From the NCBI GenBank assembly GCA_965153285.1, contig OZ229115.1: a stretch of 64,000 nt of DNA; one strand, given 5' to 3'. Of this stretch, positions 23,183-34,288 are shown one piece after another (position 1 is the stretch's first letter; every line of letters starts with the position of its first letter). Below the pieces are notes generated by a model. The model did no database searches. It was given only the letters and a program-made list of their open reading frames with translations, and had not been told where the DNA came from. The translations under genes and the position numbers were made by a program. This DNA comes from Podarcis tiliguerta (Eukaryota).

Positions 23183-24727
23183 ATGGGATCACCCCTCTCA
23201 CCGGTCATCGCTAACCTGTACATGGAACACTTTGAAACCAATGCTTTAGACAAGTCAGAACACAAACCCAAACTTTGGCTCAGATATGTTGACGACACCT
23301 TTGTAATTTGGCCACACGGGAAGGAAAAACTGGATAGCTTCCTCACACATCTCAACAGCCTACACCCCAAAATACAATTCACTATGGAAATAGAAGCCAA
23401 CAACCAACTTCCCTTCCTTGACGTCCTAATCTACAAAAAACCTGATGGCTCCCTAGGACACACTATCTACCGGAAAAAAACACACACCAACCGCTACTTA
23501 CATGCACAATCACACCACCACCCTGCACAAATAAACTCCGTAGCCAAGACTCTCATCTCCAGAACCAAACGCCTGGCTGACGAAGACCACTTGACAACTG
23601 AGTTACAGAATCTCTCAAATGTGTTAATTGCCAATGGATACCAGCAAAACAGGGTTACGAAGCTAATCCAAAAAGAAACACCCCCCAAAAACCAAGACAC
23701 AGAAGAAAACAATGGCATAGCCCTCCTTCCTTATATCAAGGGCACTACAGATAAAATTAGCAAAATCCTCCATAAACACAATATCAAAACAGCCTTTTGC
23801 ACCAACCAAAAAATAGCCAATATCCTCAGAAACCCCAAGGATAAAATTCAGTTGGAAAACCAAGGGGTCTATGAAATACCCTGCAAAGTCTGCCCAGCCA
23901 CGTACATTGGACAAACAAACAGACGAATAAATGCACGGATCGCAGAACACAAGAATGCCGTCAAAAAAGAAGAAAAAACTTCCTCTCTTTTCCAACACAT
24001 GAAAGAAACAGGACACGAAATTAATTTTGCAGATTCCAAATTGCTCTTTAACATGGAACATCACCACAAGAGAATAATCATGGAAGCCATCGAGATAGAG
24101 AAACACCCTCACAACATGAACAAGCGTGACGACACATCCCGCTTGCCAGACATCTGGAAATTAGCCCTCCCCACAAAATCTGACACCAGATCCAGAGGCA
24201 CACAGAACGCCATCACCAATCAACCACACCAGACCCAAACCCAGACCCTCTCCACAGATAAATTACAGACACCATCCAGTAGCCAAACCAGGGTGGCACC
24301 TCCGGATGCTGCACCCCCCTGCAATCCCTACACAGATCTGGCTGGCACAGGCCACAAAACCACAGCTCGCCCCTATACACGAAGCCAAGCCAGAGCACAG
24401 CCAAGTGCAGTACAACCATCTTCTCAGAAAAACTCTTCACAAAGTTCAAGAGTTCAAGACACGAAGGCTTTAGCAACTAATCCACACCTAATGACCCACC
24501 TAAGTGGGATTCAGGAAATCACTCAAGAAATCACTCAAGATATCCCTCAAGTAATTAAGGAACAAAAGAAGAAAAGGCACACTAGCCTGGGAACCTCCTC
24601 TCTGCCCAGAACATTGGAGGCTATACACCACACCTCCTCAACAGTATTTATAGGAACTCAAACACTGAGATCCTGCTCTGTTCCAGTAACAAGAAGCCGA
24701 AAGCACCAGCCTGAAGATGACGAGTGA
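23183..24727 (+). CDS. 5'-truncated PLE reverse transcriptase + GIY-YIG endonuclease, right copy
   Basis: 514 aa identical to the left copy; starts at the internal Met of the PMGSPLSP motif, so the RT N-terminal motifs are missing. Confidence 0.92.
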   Translation: MGSPLSPVIANLYMEHFETNALDKSEHKPKLWLRYVDDTFVIWPHGKEKLDSFLTHLNSLHPKIQFTMEIEANNQLPFLDVLIYKKPDGSLGHTIYRKKTHTNRYLHAQSHHHPAQINSVAKTLISRTKRLADEDHLTTELQNLSNVLIANGYQQNRVTKLIQKETPPKNQDTEENNGIALLPYIKGTTDKISKILHKHNIKTAFCTNQKIANILRNPKDKIQLENQGVYEIPCKVCPATYIGQTNRRINARIAEHKNAVKKEEKTSSLFQHMKETGHEINFADSKLLFNMEHHHKRIIMEAIEIEKHPHNMNKRDDTSRLPDIWKLALPTKSDTRSRGTQNAITNQPHQTQTQTLSTDKLQTPSSSQTRVAPPDAAPPCNPYTDLAGTGHKTTARPYTRSQARAQPSAVQPSSQKNSSQSSRVQDTKALATNPHLMTHLSGIQEITQEITQDIPQVIKEQKKKRHTSLGTSSLPRTLEAIHHTSSTVFIGTQTLRSCSVPVTRSRKHQPEDDE

Positions 24728-24747
24728 GACCTCGTCGAAACGTCGCC
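24708..24747 (+). ncRNA. Minimal type I hammerhead ribozyme motif in the PLE 3' end (right copy)
   Basis: CTGAAGA-t-GACGAG[tgagac]CTCGTC-GAAA-CGTC: conserved core boxes, 6-bp stem II, palindromic ACGT in place of helix III; stem I is weak. Confidence 0.72.
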
Positions 24748-27700
24748 TAGACACCCCAACTTTTACACGGGAAGACACCCGAGGACACCAAAACCTGCAT
24801 ATATATATATATATATATATATATGCCCATCTTAATAGATGGATGGAAACAACTGTTGAGTAATCAGTGTATTATGACTTTGAACTCAAAATGGCACACA
24901 CACAAAATCAAATTGGCAGACTAATTAAGACAAAAAAGTACCATACATGTGCAATTCTGAGGTTGTGTACACTATGGGCATAACATCACATTAACAAACA
25001 AGCAAACCCCAAAACAACTTGTTTGATATTAAAGATCTTCTTTCCAGAGCCTTTGGACACACATCCCAGACCTCTCATTTTTCACAAAATCAGCAAGAAG
25101 AAAGGATATCTGATGACACACTTAATCACTGCTATAAGGAAAAAGGTCTCACACAGTATAGTGAGGTCTCACAGGAGAGGAATGGGAACGGAAATCATTT
25201 TCACTTTTCAGAAATCTTCTCATTACCACTATACAGCAAACCCGACCACTTTAGTGCTATAGCACAGCAGAAAAACATTTCAGAAGAAATATACAGAAAA
25301 TGACCCATTTCACCCTTTCCTCACCCCTCACCCCACCCTATGTTCCAAGCAGCACTACAAGATTCCTGTTCCAGATTTGTTGGAGGGGTATTGATACACA
25401 GCAACTCCTGTTGTGGGTCCACAATGATCATGTTTATGTAACCAAATGTATTATATTTGGTTGTAAGAGCTTATCACAATATAGAAGATAACTTTTCACA
25501 CTTCACTATAAAAAATCTACTTAGCTGGTCGCTATTACTTTTTTATAGTGTCTTAATTCTGCCACACGAGGCAGCCATCTCATTCTACCTCACAGTGTGT
25601 TAGGCTTGTATATACAATAATTGAAAAAGTTGTTCGCAGAAGAAAATTCTGGCTACTCCTTTCCCACAGGAAATAAGCCTTTTTATAAAGTAGCCATATT
25701 CAGAAGCTGGCAATGAGTGCCAAGTCATTCCTGTTCGTCATAACAGGAGTAGAGTGTTTTACTTAACATAGTACACACAATTTGAATGAAGAAATTCCAA
25801 GAAATACTGCATTCTCTTCCTTTATTCTTATTTACCAGTGCCTTGAATACACATGCAACTTATTGCTTAGACATTATTGCATATACCTCAAACATGAGCA
25901 GCCTACACAAATTTACACAAACAGCAAGGCTTTCAAATACCACTGAAGAGCAAACCCATTTATACGCCTATCACAAGCAACATTTAAAAATATTCAAGCA
26001 AATGTTAAAGTTCACAAATTGTTTGACCATCCTATAAAGTCAATAGTGCTATCTCACTCTTTTGTGCCATTATCATTATGGGGCTATCAAATCAAGAATA
26101 TTGCAGGCTTTCAATGTAGTGCAATAGGATTCATAGCCCATCATCTTTATTCCATCCCTGTAAGAGACTTTTCAGTGCTGCCTTTATCAAACATTGTGCT
26201 ATGATTTAATAAGGCCCCATATCATAGATTCTATTGCACCCCTTTTCCAGCATGGATTTACAACTCAGCAATGCATCTCATTATACTTATTTCAGTAGTG
26301 TGATTGGGAAAAACATCTGTGAAAACTAATACAGAAATTTGGTTCTTGTAATGTGACCTATTTATTTGAACCAGATTTCTGAACACTTTCCTTAAGAATT
26401 TGGGCACCAGTAGCAACTGCTTTAAAAAATATATATTCTGCAGTACACACTACATTAACTATACATCTGCTTCAGTTTGTAGTAAATATTTACAGATTGT
26501 ATCAGATTGTGTCCCTCCGCTGCAAGAAGGCTCTTTGATGCAGAGGATGCTTCTAGGATCAGAAAAGGGGTTGGGCAATTTCCCCATTTCCTCTTGGAGT
26601 TCCCTGTTGCAGTCCCTAAAGCTGAGCCGCAGGAGAATGTCGTAATTTGCAAAAATCACCTCTCCTCCACCACTTTTTGTTCTCAAAGAAACTTTGCTGG
26701 ATCAAAGTGTTCCAAGACACAATTTGATACAACTCTTAAGATTTCATAACTGACAGACATAATCCCACAAACATGTTCCTGTCAGGAAGAGGGTCAAACT
26801 AGGTGAGATGCTGGAGTTCTATGGCTAGAACTTCAAAAATCTGTTTCTTTAAAAAATCAGCTGTGGCCGGGGGGGCGATCCGAAATAGACAGTGGTGGTG
26901 GTGGTGTTATAACCTGCCTTCATGGTATTTCCCTGCTGGAAATCACTGGCTTTGAACATATTTGCTGCAACTTAAAAATAAAGAACTTTCAGAAACATCA
27001 CCCCATGTGTTTTTTCCCATATGCTGGAGCAAACAGTTGTGGGCCGTGTGTGAGATCATATTCAGCAGAAATTTGGACAGGAAAAACAGGTTAACTCCCC
27101 TGCCTTGCTCAATCCTGATCAGTGTTTCTGCTTCTGCCTTTTTTAAAAAAAGAAAATGTCAGGAATTAAAGTCATGGAGCTTTCATATTATGCCTAATTT
27201 GACCCAGTTTGATTACTCAGAGATATGTCTAATGAAAGGGGGGACCACAATATTAGGCAGTCAAAAGCATAGGTACACATTACATATATTCTCACTTTCT
27301 GTATTTTGGAATTCACTAGCATAAGGGTCTACTTCATAATGCCAGTGTTACCCCAGGCATGATTTGTAGGCTATTACTGGATTAGTAGTATGAATATAAA
27401 ATGATCTCTGTTTTCCCATCAGGCTCATTTGCCTTGCAGGGTTAAAGAAGATGGTGCTGCTAGCATACATGATTTTAATTATAGTACAAAATAACAAAAC
27501 TCACCTTCAACCAGGTATGAGAGAATATATTTATTATTCCATCTTGGGGTTTAAAATTGTTCAAGCAGGACATCAAAAGGGCATATTTTAAGTAAGTATT
27601 TCAAAGGATTTTCAAAGCAGTTAGCAGCACAACCCTATAAATGCCTGCTCAAAGGCAAGTCCCATTGATTTCAATGGAACTTATGGCAAAGTAAGTGAGT

Positions 27701-29707
27701 ATAGGATTGCAGCCTAATTCACCAAGATCCAAACAATTTACTTTAGGATTTGCACACATGTATGAAGTTTCATTTTTCTTTTTTCAAAATGGCAAGCAAA
27801 ATGTTCACAAATAACTTTTTAAAAACTCATCTGAGTTTTAAAAGCAGCAATGTGGCATGGGGTCCCCAGTCCCAGAAACAAATGCAAAGCCCCTACCCCA
27901 CATGCTCTTCAGATGTTTAATCAACTGGCCTTGATTAACAGTTTCTGCTGTGTAGCAAAAAAATCTTCCCTTGCTTCTAGAACATTACCTTTCATTATTT
28001 CTGCATACTGAACTACTATTTTCATTACACAGTGCATTAACTCTCACAGTATTATTTCTCCAAATATTTTGGGGGACAGTATCAGAACGCATTAATAGTA
28101 AAGCTCAAAAGAATCTGTAGTAGATAAAAAGGGCTTGAATCCAAAGCTTATTTAATAGGAGGACCCTCACATAAGAGGGTGCTGTGATCTTGGCTTCCTG
28201 CTAGTAATTCTTCTCTCAGAGCAGCTATAGGGTGTATAAATGCCCTTTTCTACTCATATGTCTCCCAAGATAAATGGAGATGATAACCTTAAAGAAATTG
28301 TGTTTAACTTCTAACCCATATTTTAAACAAGGAAATAATGACTTAAAAAAACAACAACCTTTAAGTTACAACACATTAGGCCACATCAATGTTTGAGTAA
28401 GTTACTTGCTAGACTTTAAAATGTGATTTATAAATGCTAGCATATTTTAAAAGAGGCAATAGGGTATTTTTTACCTTTACCCACAGCAGGGAAAGTCAGC
28501 TTTCTAAGTTTGGAAAGCCGTACCCCCACTCTCACCATCCATCAAGCAACACATACGGAGTTGCTGGAATATTCCTGGCTGTTATCTCAGAGGATAAAGG
28601 AATGTCCTAAGTACACAGATGCAAGCCACCAGGCTTAGAGTAGATGGAAAAGTAATAAAGGAGGCACTTGCTTCCACTGAACCTGGCTTCACCATCCTCT
28701 TTTGTCCTCATGCCATCTTTCTCTTTTGCAGACATCAAATATATGTGCAGTTAGGAAAACCAACTTTCTCCATAAGAATTATCATAATGTTGGAGAAAAA
28801 TAAATAATGTTGAAGGACAAATACAACTCAATAATCATTATTTGGCCCTGATGTACGGTATTACTCCCCCACTGCTCCCCACTCCTTTTCTGAGAGTGTA
28901 AAAGTTTCCCAGCTGTACATGACAGTGTTGTAAAACACAATCGAGTTGAATCCAGGTTAAGTGAGTTAAACTTCAGTCTCAATTAAATCAGTAGCAACTG
29001 ATTTATTCTGGATCCAACCCATTTGATCCAAGATACATATTGTAGCATTAGGAAAGGAAGATGGCATTATAGAGTGATCTATATACAATAATGGATAATG
29101 ACAGAAGCTGCTCAATGCCTCAGTTTTCCAACTCCTTCATATTATAGCATATACTTTATAAGGAAACTTAAATCCAAACAAAGAAATAAGACTACACAAT
29201 GACTGCATATCTGGATCAAAAAACAGCTTAAAAGATTTATGTATAACTGCAATAAATAAGTAGTGAAATTAAGAGGACTCTCCAATTATGCATCTTGTAC
29301 TTTCTGATAAGATACCACAATACCACATCTGCCCAGAAAAATTAAGTTATTTTAAATTCCAAAATATGTAAAGCACAACACAGCCAAAATATATTAAAGT
29401 GCAATTCTATGTATGTCTACTTAGAAGCAAGGGCCACTTAGTTCAGTGGAACCTACTGTATATGTAAATACAGGGTTGCAACTTTAATGGAAAAGAAACT
29501 ATGCATAAGCACAATTGTGATTCACTATTACAGAGTAATTGCAAACAATATTGATAAAATATTTTGAAGGGTACTTTTCCAGCCCAAAGCAAGTGTTCTT
29601 TGAAGTGATTTGCAACATATATAAATAGTGGTCTTCTGCAAGCACAATCTGCTACATGACACTGTTTGGGCAACTATTGAAGTTCCTTCCCCTACCCCCA
29701 GAAAAAT

Positions 29708-29840
29708 CTGAAGAAGTGTGCATGCACATGAAAGCTCATACCAATAACAAACTTAGTTGGTCTCTAAGGTGCTACTTGAAGGATTTTTTAAAATTTTGTT
29801 TCGACTACGGCAGACCAACACGACTACCTACCTGTATCTA
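29708..29840 (+). mobile_element. Solo pseudo-LTR fragment of a second Penelope-like family (Neptune-type) with a minimal hammerhead
   Basis: CTGAAGA-a-GTGTG[catg]CACAT-GAAA-GCTC followed by ataccaataacaaacttagttggtctctaaggtgctac...cagaccaacacgactacc, a reptile PLE terminal repeat pattern. Confidence 0.7.
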
Positions 29841-32685
29841 TAACCCAGAAAAATCAACAGCAAATTAGGGCTGGCCTACTCATTGGGCAAGAATAGATAT
29901 ATTTAAAAATCCTGAGTCTGGTTAAGGGACAGTGGTCAGCCAGCTGCCAAGTTCACGGACATGGATCTTTGCAGTTCAGTAGGATCCTGCTACTTCCCTA
30001 TAAGCAACTGTGCTTCAATTTGTAACTGGGCTATTTTCGCAATCCCAGAGAAATGTGGGATAAGGACATGAAGACGAGCACCTTCACTATTTCCAGGTGA
30101 TTGTAGCACTGTGGAGATACCACTCTGCTATGGCTGCTGGGTGGGGGATGGAAAGCATACCAAACTGGCTTAAGAAGTTGCTGGGTCCTGCTTAATAGCT
30201 ACATTTGAAATGAGTAAGAAGAGTATGTGTAGTTCCTTGAAAAGCTTAGTGGGTAACACTTCATTGAACCAGCAATCTGAGGATAAGTTTGTCTACAAGC
30301 AAGAAGCGCTTTCAAAGCTACTTCCATTATTCTGCATAAGTGGATGATTTCTTCTAACACATAATATTGGATTGCTATTTCAAAAGTTTTTAATTTAGAA
30401 AGTTAAAATGTGTTCAATTTTGTTTCAGGGATAACCCAAAGTAGCTAAGTAATGGTTAACAAATGTGTTAAAAGAAGGCAGTTTACAATCAAAAGAGGCA
30501 AATCAAATTAGAAGGATTAAACAGCACGCAATATTGTTACTGCTTGCACCTAACAGCTGTCTTTTCATAAAAGATGAGTCTAAACTATAAAAATATGTTT
30601 GTTAGCAACTTTCTGTTTCTACCAGGAAAAATTGAATATATTTATGATTTGAATTTCTAGGCTTCTTATCCAGACACTCAAAAAAGCCTCCAGGAAAGAG
30701 AATGACACATGCATGGATATCACTTGATCTCTCAAAATTTGGAGCCTAGGCTGAATGTGTAAAGTGCCACCATGGACAAACATTACATTTGAGGTGACAG
30801 GAAATTTCTATCCCTCTTATTTATGGGGTCTACAATGATCTTTCACAAATGCAAGTCAACACTTAAGTTACAGTTATCAAGGGATGAACATGAGTATCTG
30901 ATCAGGGCCTCTGTGTTTATATTAAATATACAAAAGATTATAACACTAATATGAAGAACAGATCCAAATTGTCTTGATTGTCATGACACTTAAAATGCAA
31001 TTTAAAAGACCTTTGAGAGCAGTCATAATCTTATGAATCCAACAACATTTAGCAAGCTATAAGGAGTTAGAAGCACTCTAAGAAAAGGGGGATTTGCATG
31101 TTGTAATAACTCACTTTTAAAAACCTATACTAACTAGTAACCACAGGCTATTATTTGTTATGTAAGACAAATAACCTTTTGCACCAGGCTTTGTTAACAA
31201 ATAAATATTGGAACTAACACTTTAGGGACCATGAAAGGGACAAACAAAGGTACAGGAAAACAGCTTGTTCTCTACAATACTCCTGCATATTTGCATCACA
31301 AACATGAAAACATGAACACAACCTTATTAGCAAATTATGACACATGGTATTCATAACAATCAGACAAAGACCTGTCAACTGACTAGTTGATCAACACAAG
31401 AATAGAATACACCATAAAAGTGGAGGCCACTATAGCAGAGAACATTTGTAAAATTAATGCAAACAAGTAGATTACCATTATCTGTTCTTGTGTTTCCTTT
31501 TTACATAGTATTCATCAGCAACATGCTCTTGCAAATATGTTGAGAGCTAAGCCACTTGAAGAAAGAAGTTTCTATCATTAGAGAGAAACTATCAACCTAT
31601 CAGTTTTGTAGAGCTGCTCCGAAGTTGAAAATAATAAAATGCATTTACTGTATATATATTTTTAAATAGGGTTTTCCAACTTAGTAAAGCAATGTTTTTT
31701 TAACTTGCTTTAAAGAAAAAAGAGAGCGATAAGAATGTCAGTGAAAATGAATGCATTAGCTACAATTTAAACTTAACAAGCACAGTAGTTCTTGTGACAG
31801 ATTCACATGTTCTAGACTCGTTAGTTTTTTCCTGCTTCAGTGCTGTAGTTCACACCCCACAAAAATCCTTTTGTTATATGACACTACACTAAAAACATAG
31901 ATAGGTTCAAATAGCCATGATAGATAAGGAACACTGGTGCAAGAATTTGCTTATGTCCATACTGTTTACCATGCAAGCATGTGCTAGAATTCACATATAT
32001 TTTAAAAAAACAAAAACCGGGGGGGGGGGGGACACCTGCAGTTTTCCTTTATGTACAGAAAGAATCAATACAAGTAATTGATTTAAAAGAAAAAGAACCC
32101 CTAAACTCTATGGTATGTGTTTATGTAAAACTGTTCTATAAATTAGAAAAGATCATGTGCATGCATACAAGGCAGCAGAAAACGTAGTAAAAGATTATAG
32201 ATTCAAAGCAAAATTCTCGCAAAAATGTAAAAAAGTTGTCAAAAGATGAAACCTCAGTTATGAACACCATACATTAAGAAAGCAGAGAAACATGCCAGGA
32301 AAGTTGCCATATTAGCAGAATGTAAACCAAAGATCCTGACATTCACAGGCATTAAAAACACATTAGTCTAAGAAACCTGAGTGAGAATTCATAGGAACAT
32401 ACTGCTAAAAACGTTTGTTCCTTTACAGGTTCGTTTGTCTATTAAGTGCTTAGAACACACTACCAAGGTTGTATATGCAGCATGTTACTGTTTCCCATTC
32501 CATGTAATACAAGTCTTCAAATGAAGTGGCCCTGGGTGCCCAGGCAGTGCGCCAAGAGGAAGGCTACATTGAACAGAGGTAATACCTTTTTTCCCTTAAC
32601 AGGAGTTTTTTATGGCAAAAGTGTGCATTGTTCTTTCGAAGAACCCAAAGTTCCTGTTATAGATGGTTGTTGCATTAAAAATCTT

Positions 32686-33001
32686 CTAGTTATATTTGCC
32701 ATTCTTATTAGCTTTGGCTTCTCCATGTCCAATAAGACAAATAACTTTGTAACATCCCTTTGTGATTTTGACCATCCACTTTAAGTTCATGATGTCCAAG
32801 ATAATGCTGGAGATAAACCAGGCGCTTTGAGCTGCAAGTCCTAATCTGTCGAAAGCTTCTGTTCCTACCTCAGCAGCAACCTTGGCATAATAAATTGGGA
32901 TGACTATGATCCTCCCCAGGAAAAATGTGATTGTCATTAGTAGTCCATTGATGATGTTAGATTTTGATGCCTTGGAATACCCCAGTACTTCATAGAACCA
33001 T
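32686..33001 (-). CDS. TLCD4: TLC domain-containing protein 4 (TMEM56), last coding exon
   Basis: WFYEVLGYSKASKSNIINGLLMTITFFLGRI...LDIMNLKWMVKITKGCYKVI...NGKYN*, matching the human TMEM56 C-terminus. Confidence 0.94.
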
Positions 33002-33662
33002 CTGCAAGAGAAAAAATATTAACAGAAATTAAATACAATTTTGTGAGTTCAACCTCTGAATACAGACTCAGATTTGGATATAAAGATTCCATCAGCTCTA
33101 CAAGCATTCTGAATTTCTGACTTTTATCATAGTTTCATTTCTCATCACTTTCATGCAGCTAGAAAGCTGCAAAGATATCTGTAAAGATATTCAGAATTGC
33201 TAATATTATGAATTTTTTTTATATATCTATATATACCAAATTGTAAATGTTAGTGTACTTTGATATTTTTTCCCACAGTGCTGCATTTTGTGAAATACTC
33301 TGTTCCAGATCTAAGTGGTTCCTTCATTATTGTAACATAATGTCCTTTATCTTCCTGGCAGATCCAAATGAATGGAACCTTGGTACTGAAATGAAATCCA
33401 TGAAAACTCTAGAAGCAGGGTACAAAGAGTTCAGCACTACTCCATTTTGGCCTGCAAGAAAGGGCATGTGCTGGAAAAGTGAAAGTCACATCTTGCCAAA
33501 TCCTAGACAATATCAAAGCTTTGCCTCTCCCTCTCCACATGTGAGCAGACAAAACATATTTAGGGCAGATGCTTATGTTACAGCAGTTAGCATTGTTACT
33601 ATACTCCACTGGCTGATTTCCACATCACTCTGTTAAAGTAGGATTATATTTCTCTGCCAATA

Positions 33663-34003
33663 AAAGGTAAAGGTAAAGGTACCCCTGCCCGTACGGGCCA
33701 GTCTTGACAGACTCTAGGGTTGTGCGCTCATCTCACTCTATAGGCCGGGAGCCAGCGCTGTCCGGGTCACGTGGCCAGCGTGACAAGCTGCATCTGGCGA
33801 GCCAGCGCAGCACACGGAACGCCGTTTACCTTCCCGCTGGTAAGCGGTCCCTATTTATCTACTTGCACCCAGGGGTGCTTTCGAACTGCTAGGTTGGCAG
33901 GCGCTGGGACCGAACAACGGGAGCGCACCCCACCACGGGGATTCGAACCGCCGACCTTTCGATTGGCAAGTCCTAGGTGCTGAGGCTTTAACCCACAGCG
34001 CCA
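33663..34003 (-). mobile_element. Near full-length Sauria SINE
   Basis: Minus-strand head tggcgctgtgggttaaag...ggttcgaatcccc (A/B boxes), body caagtagataaataggg, (ACCTTT)n tail. Confidence 0.88.
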
Positions 34004-34141
34004 TACCTCTCCCCAATTTAGTTTTCTTACAATGGCATACTTTTCCCTACACTATCCCATGCTCCCAAATAGTTTTTGCATTTTTCCTTAACGAGAGCTA
34101 CATGACATGGGAGTACAAGAGATGCGACTCCACAGTGTACA

Positions 34142-34288
34142 CAGAATCATAGAATTGTTGAGTTGGAAGGGACCACGAGGGTCATCAACTCCAACCCCCT
34201 GCAATGCAGGAATCTTTGGCTCAACATGGGGCTTGAACCCACAACCCTGAAATTAAGAGTCTCATGCTCTATTGACTGAGCTATCCCA
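34142..34288 (-). mobile_element. tRNA-headed SINE with CR1-type tail (Squam2-like)
   Basis: Reverse complement of the family at 17603-17751. Confidence 0.7.

Larger units (their letters stand above)
21392..24800. mobile_element. Penelope-like retroelement (Penelope/Poseidon type), two 5'-truncated copies head-to-head forming a palindrome, inserted in (AT)n
   Basis: Arms 21422-23073 and 23149-24800 are reverse complements (mirror sum 46222 matches ORF ends 21495/24727); RT + GIY-YIG ORF in each arm; (AT)n on both flanks. Confidence 0.95.

Noticed and set aside
21746-24476. Paired antisense ORFs (87, 149, 61, 74, 131 aa) in the palindrome
   Set aside because: Shadow frames of the RT/EN ORF duplicated by the inversion; no recognisable domain.
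21392-24800. DNA transposon with long TIRs, or LTR retrotransposon
   Set aside because: The arms encode a PLE-type RT and GIY-YIG nuclease; there is no transposase, integrase, gag or direct LTR.
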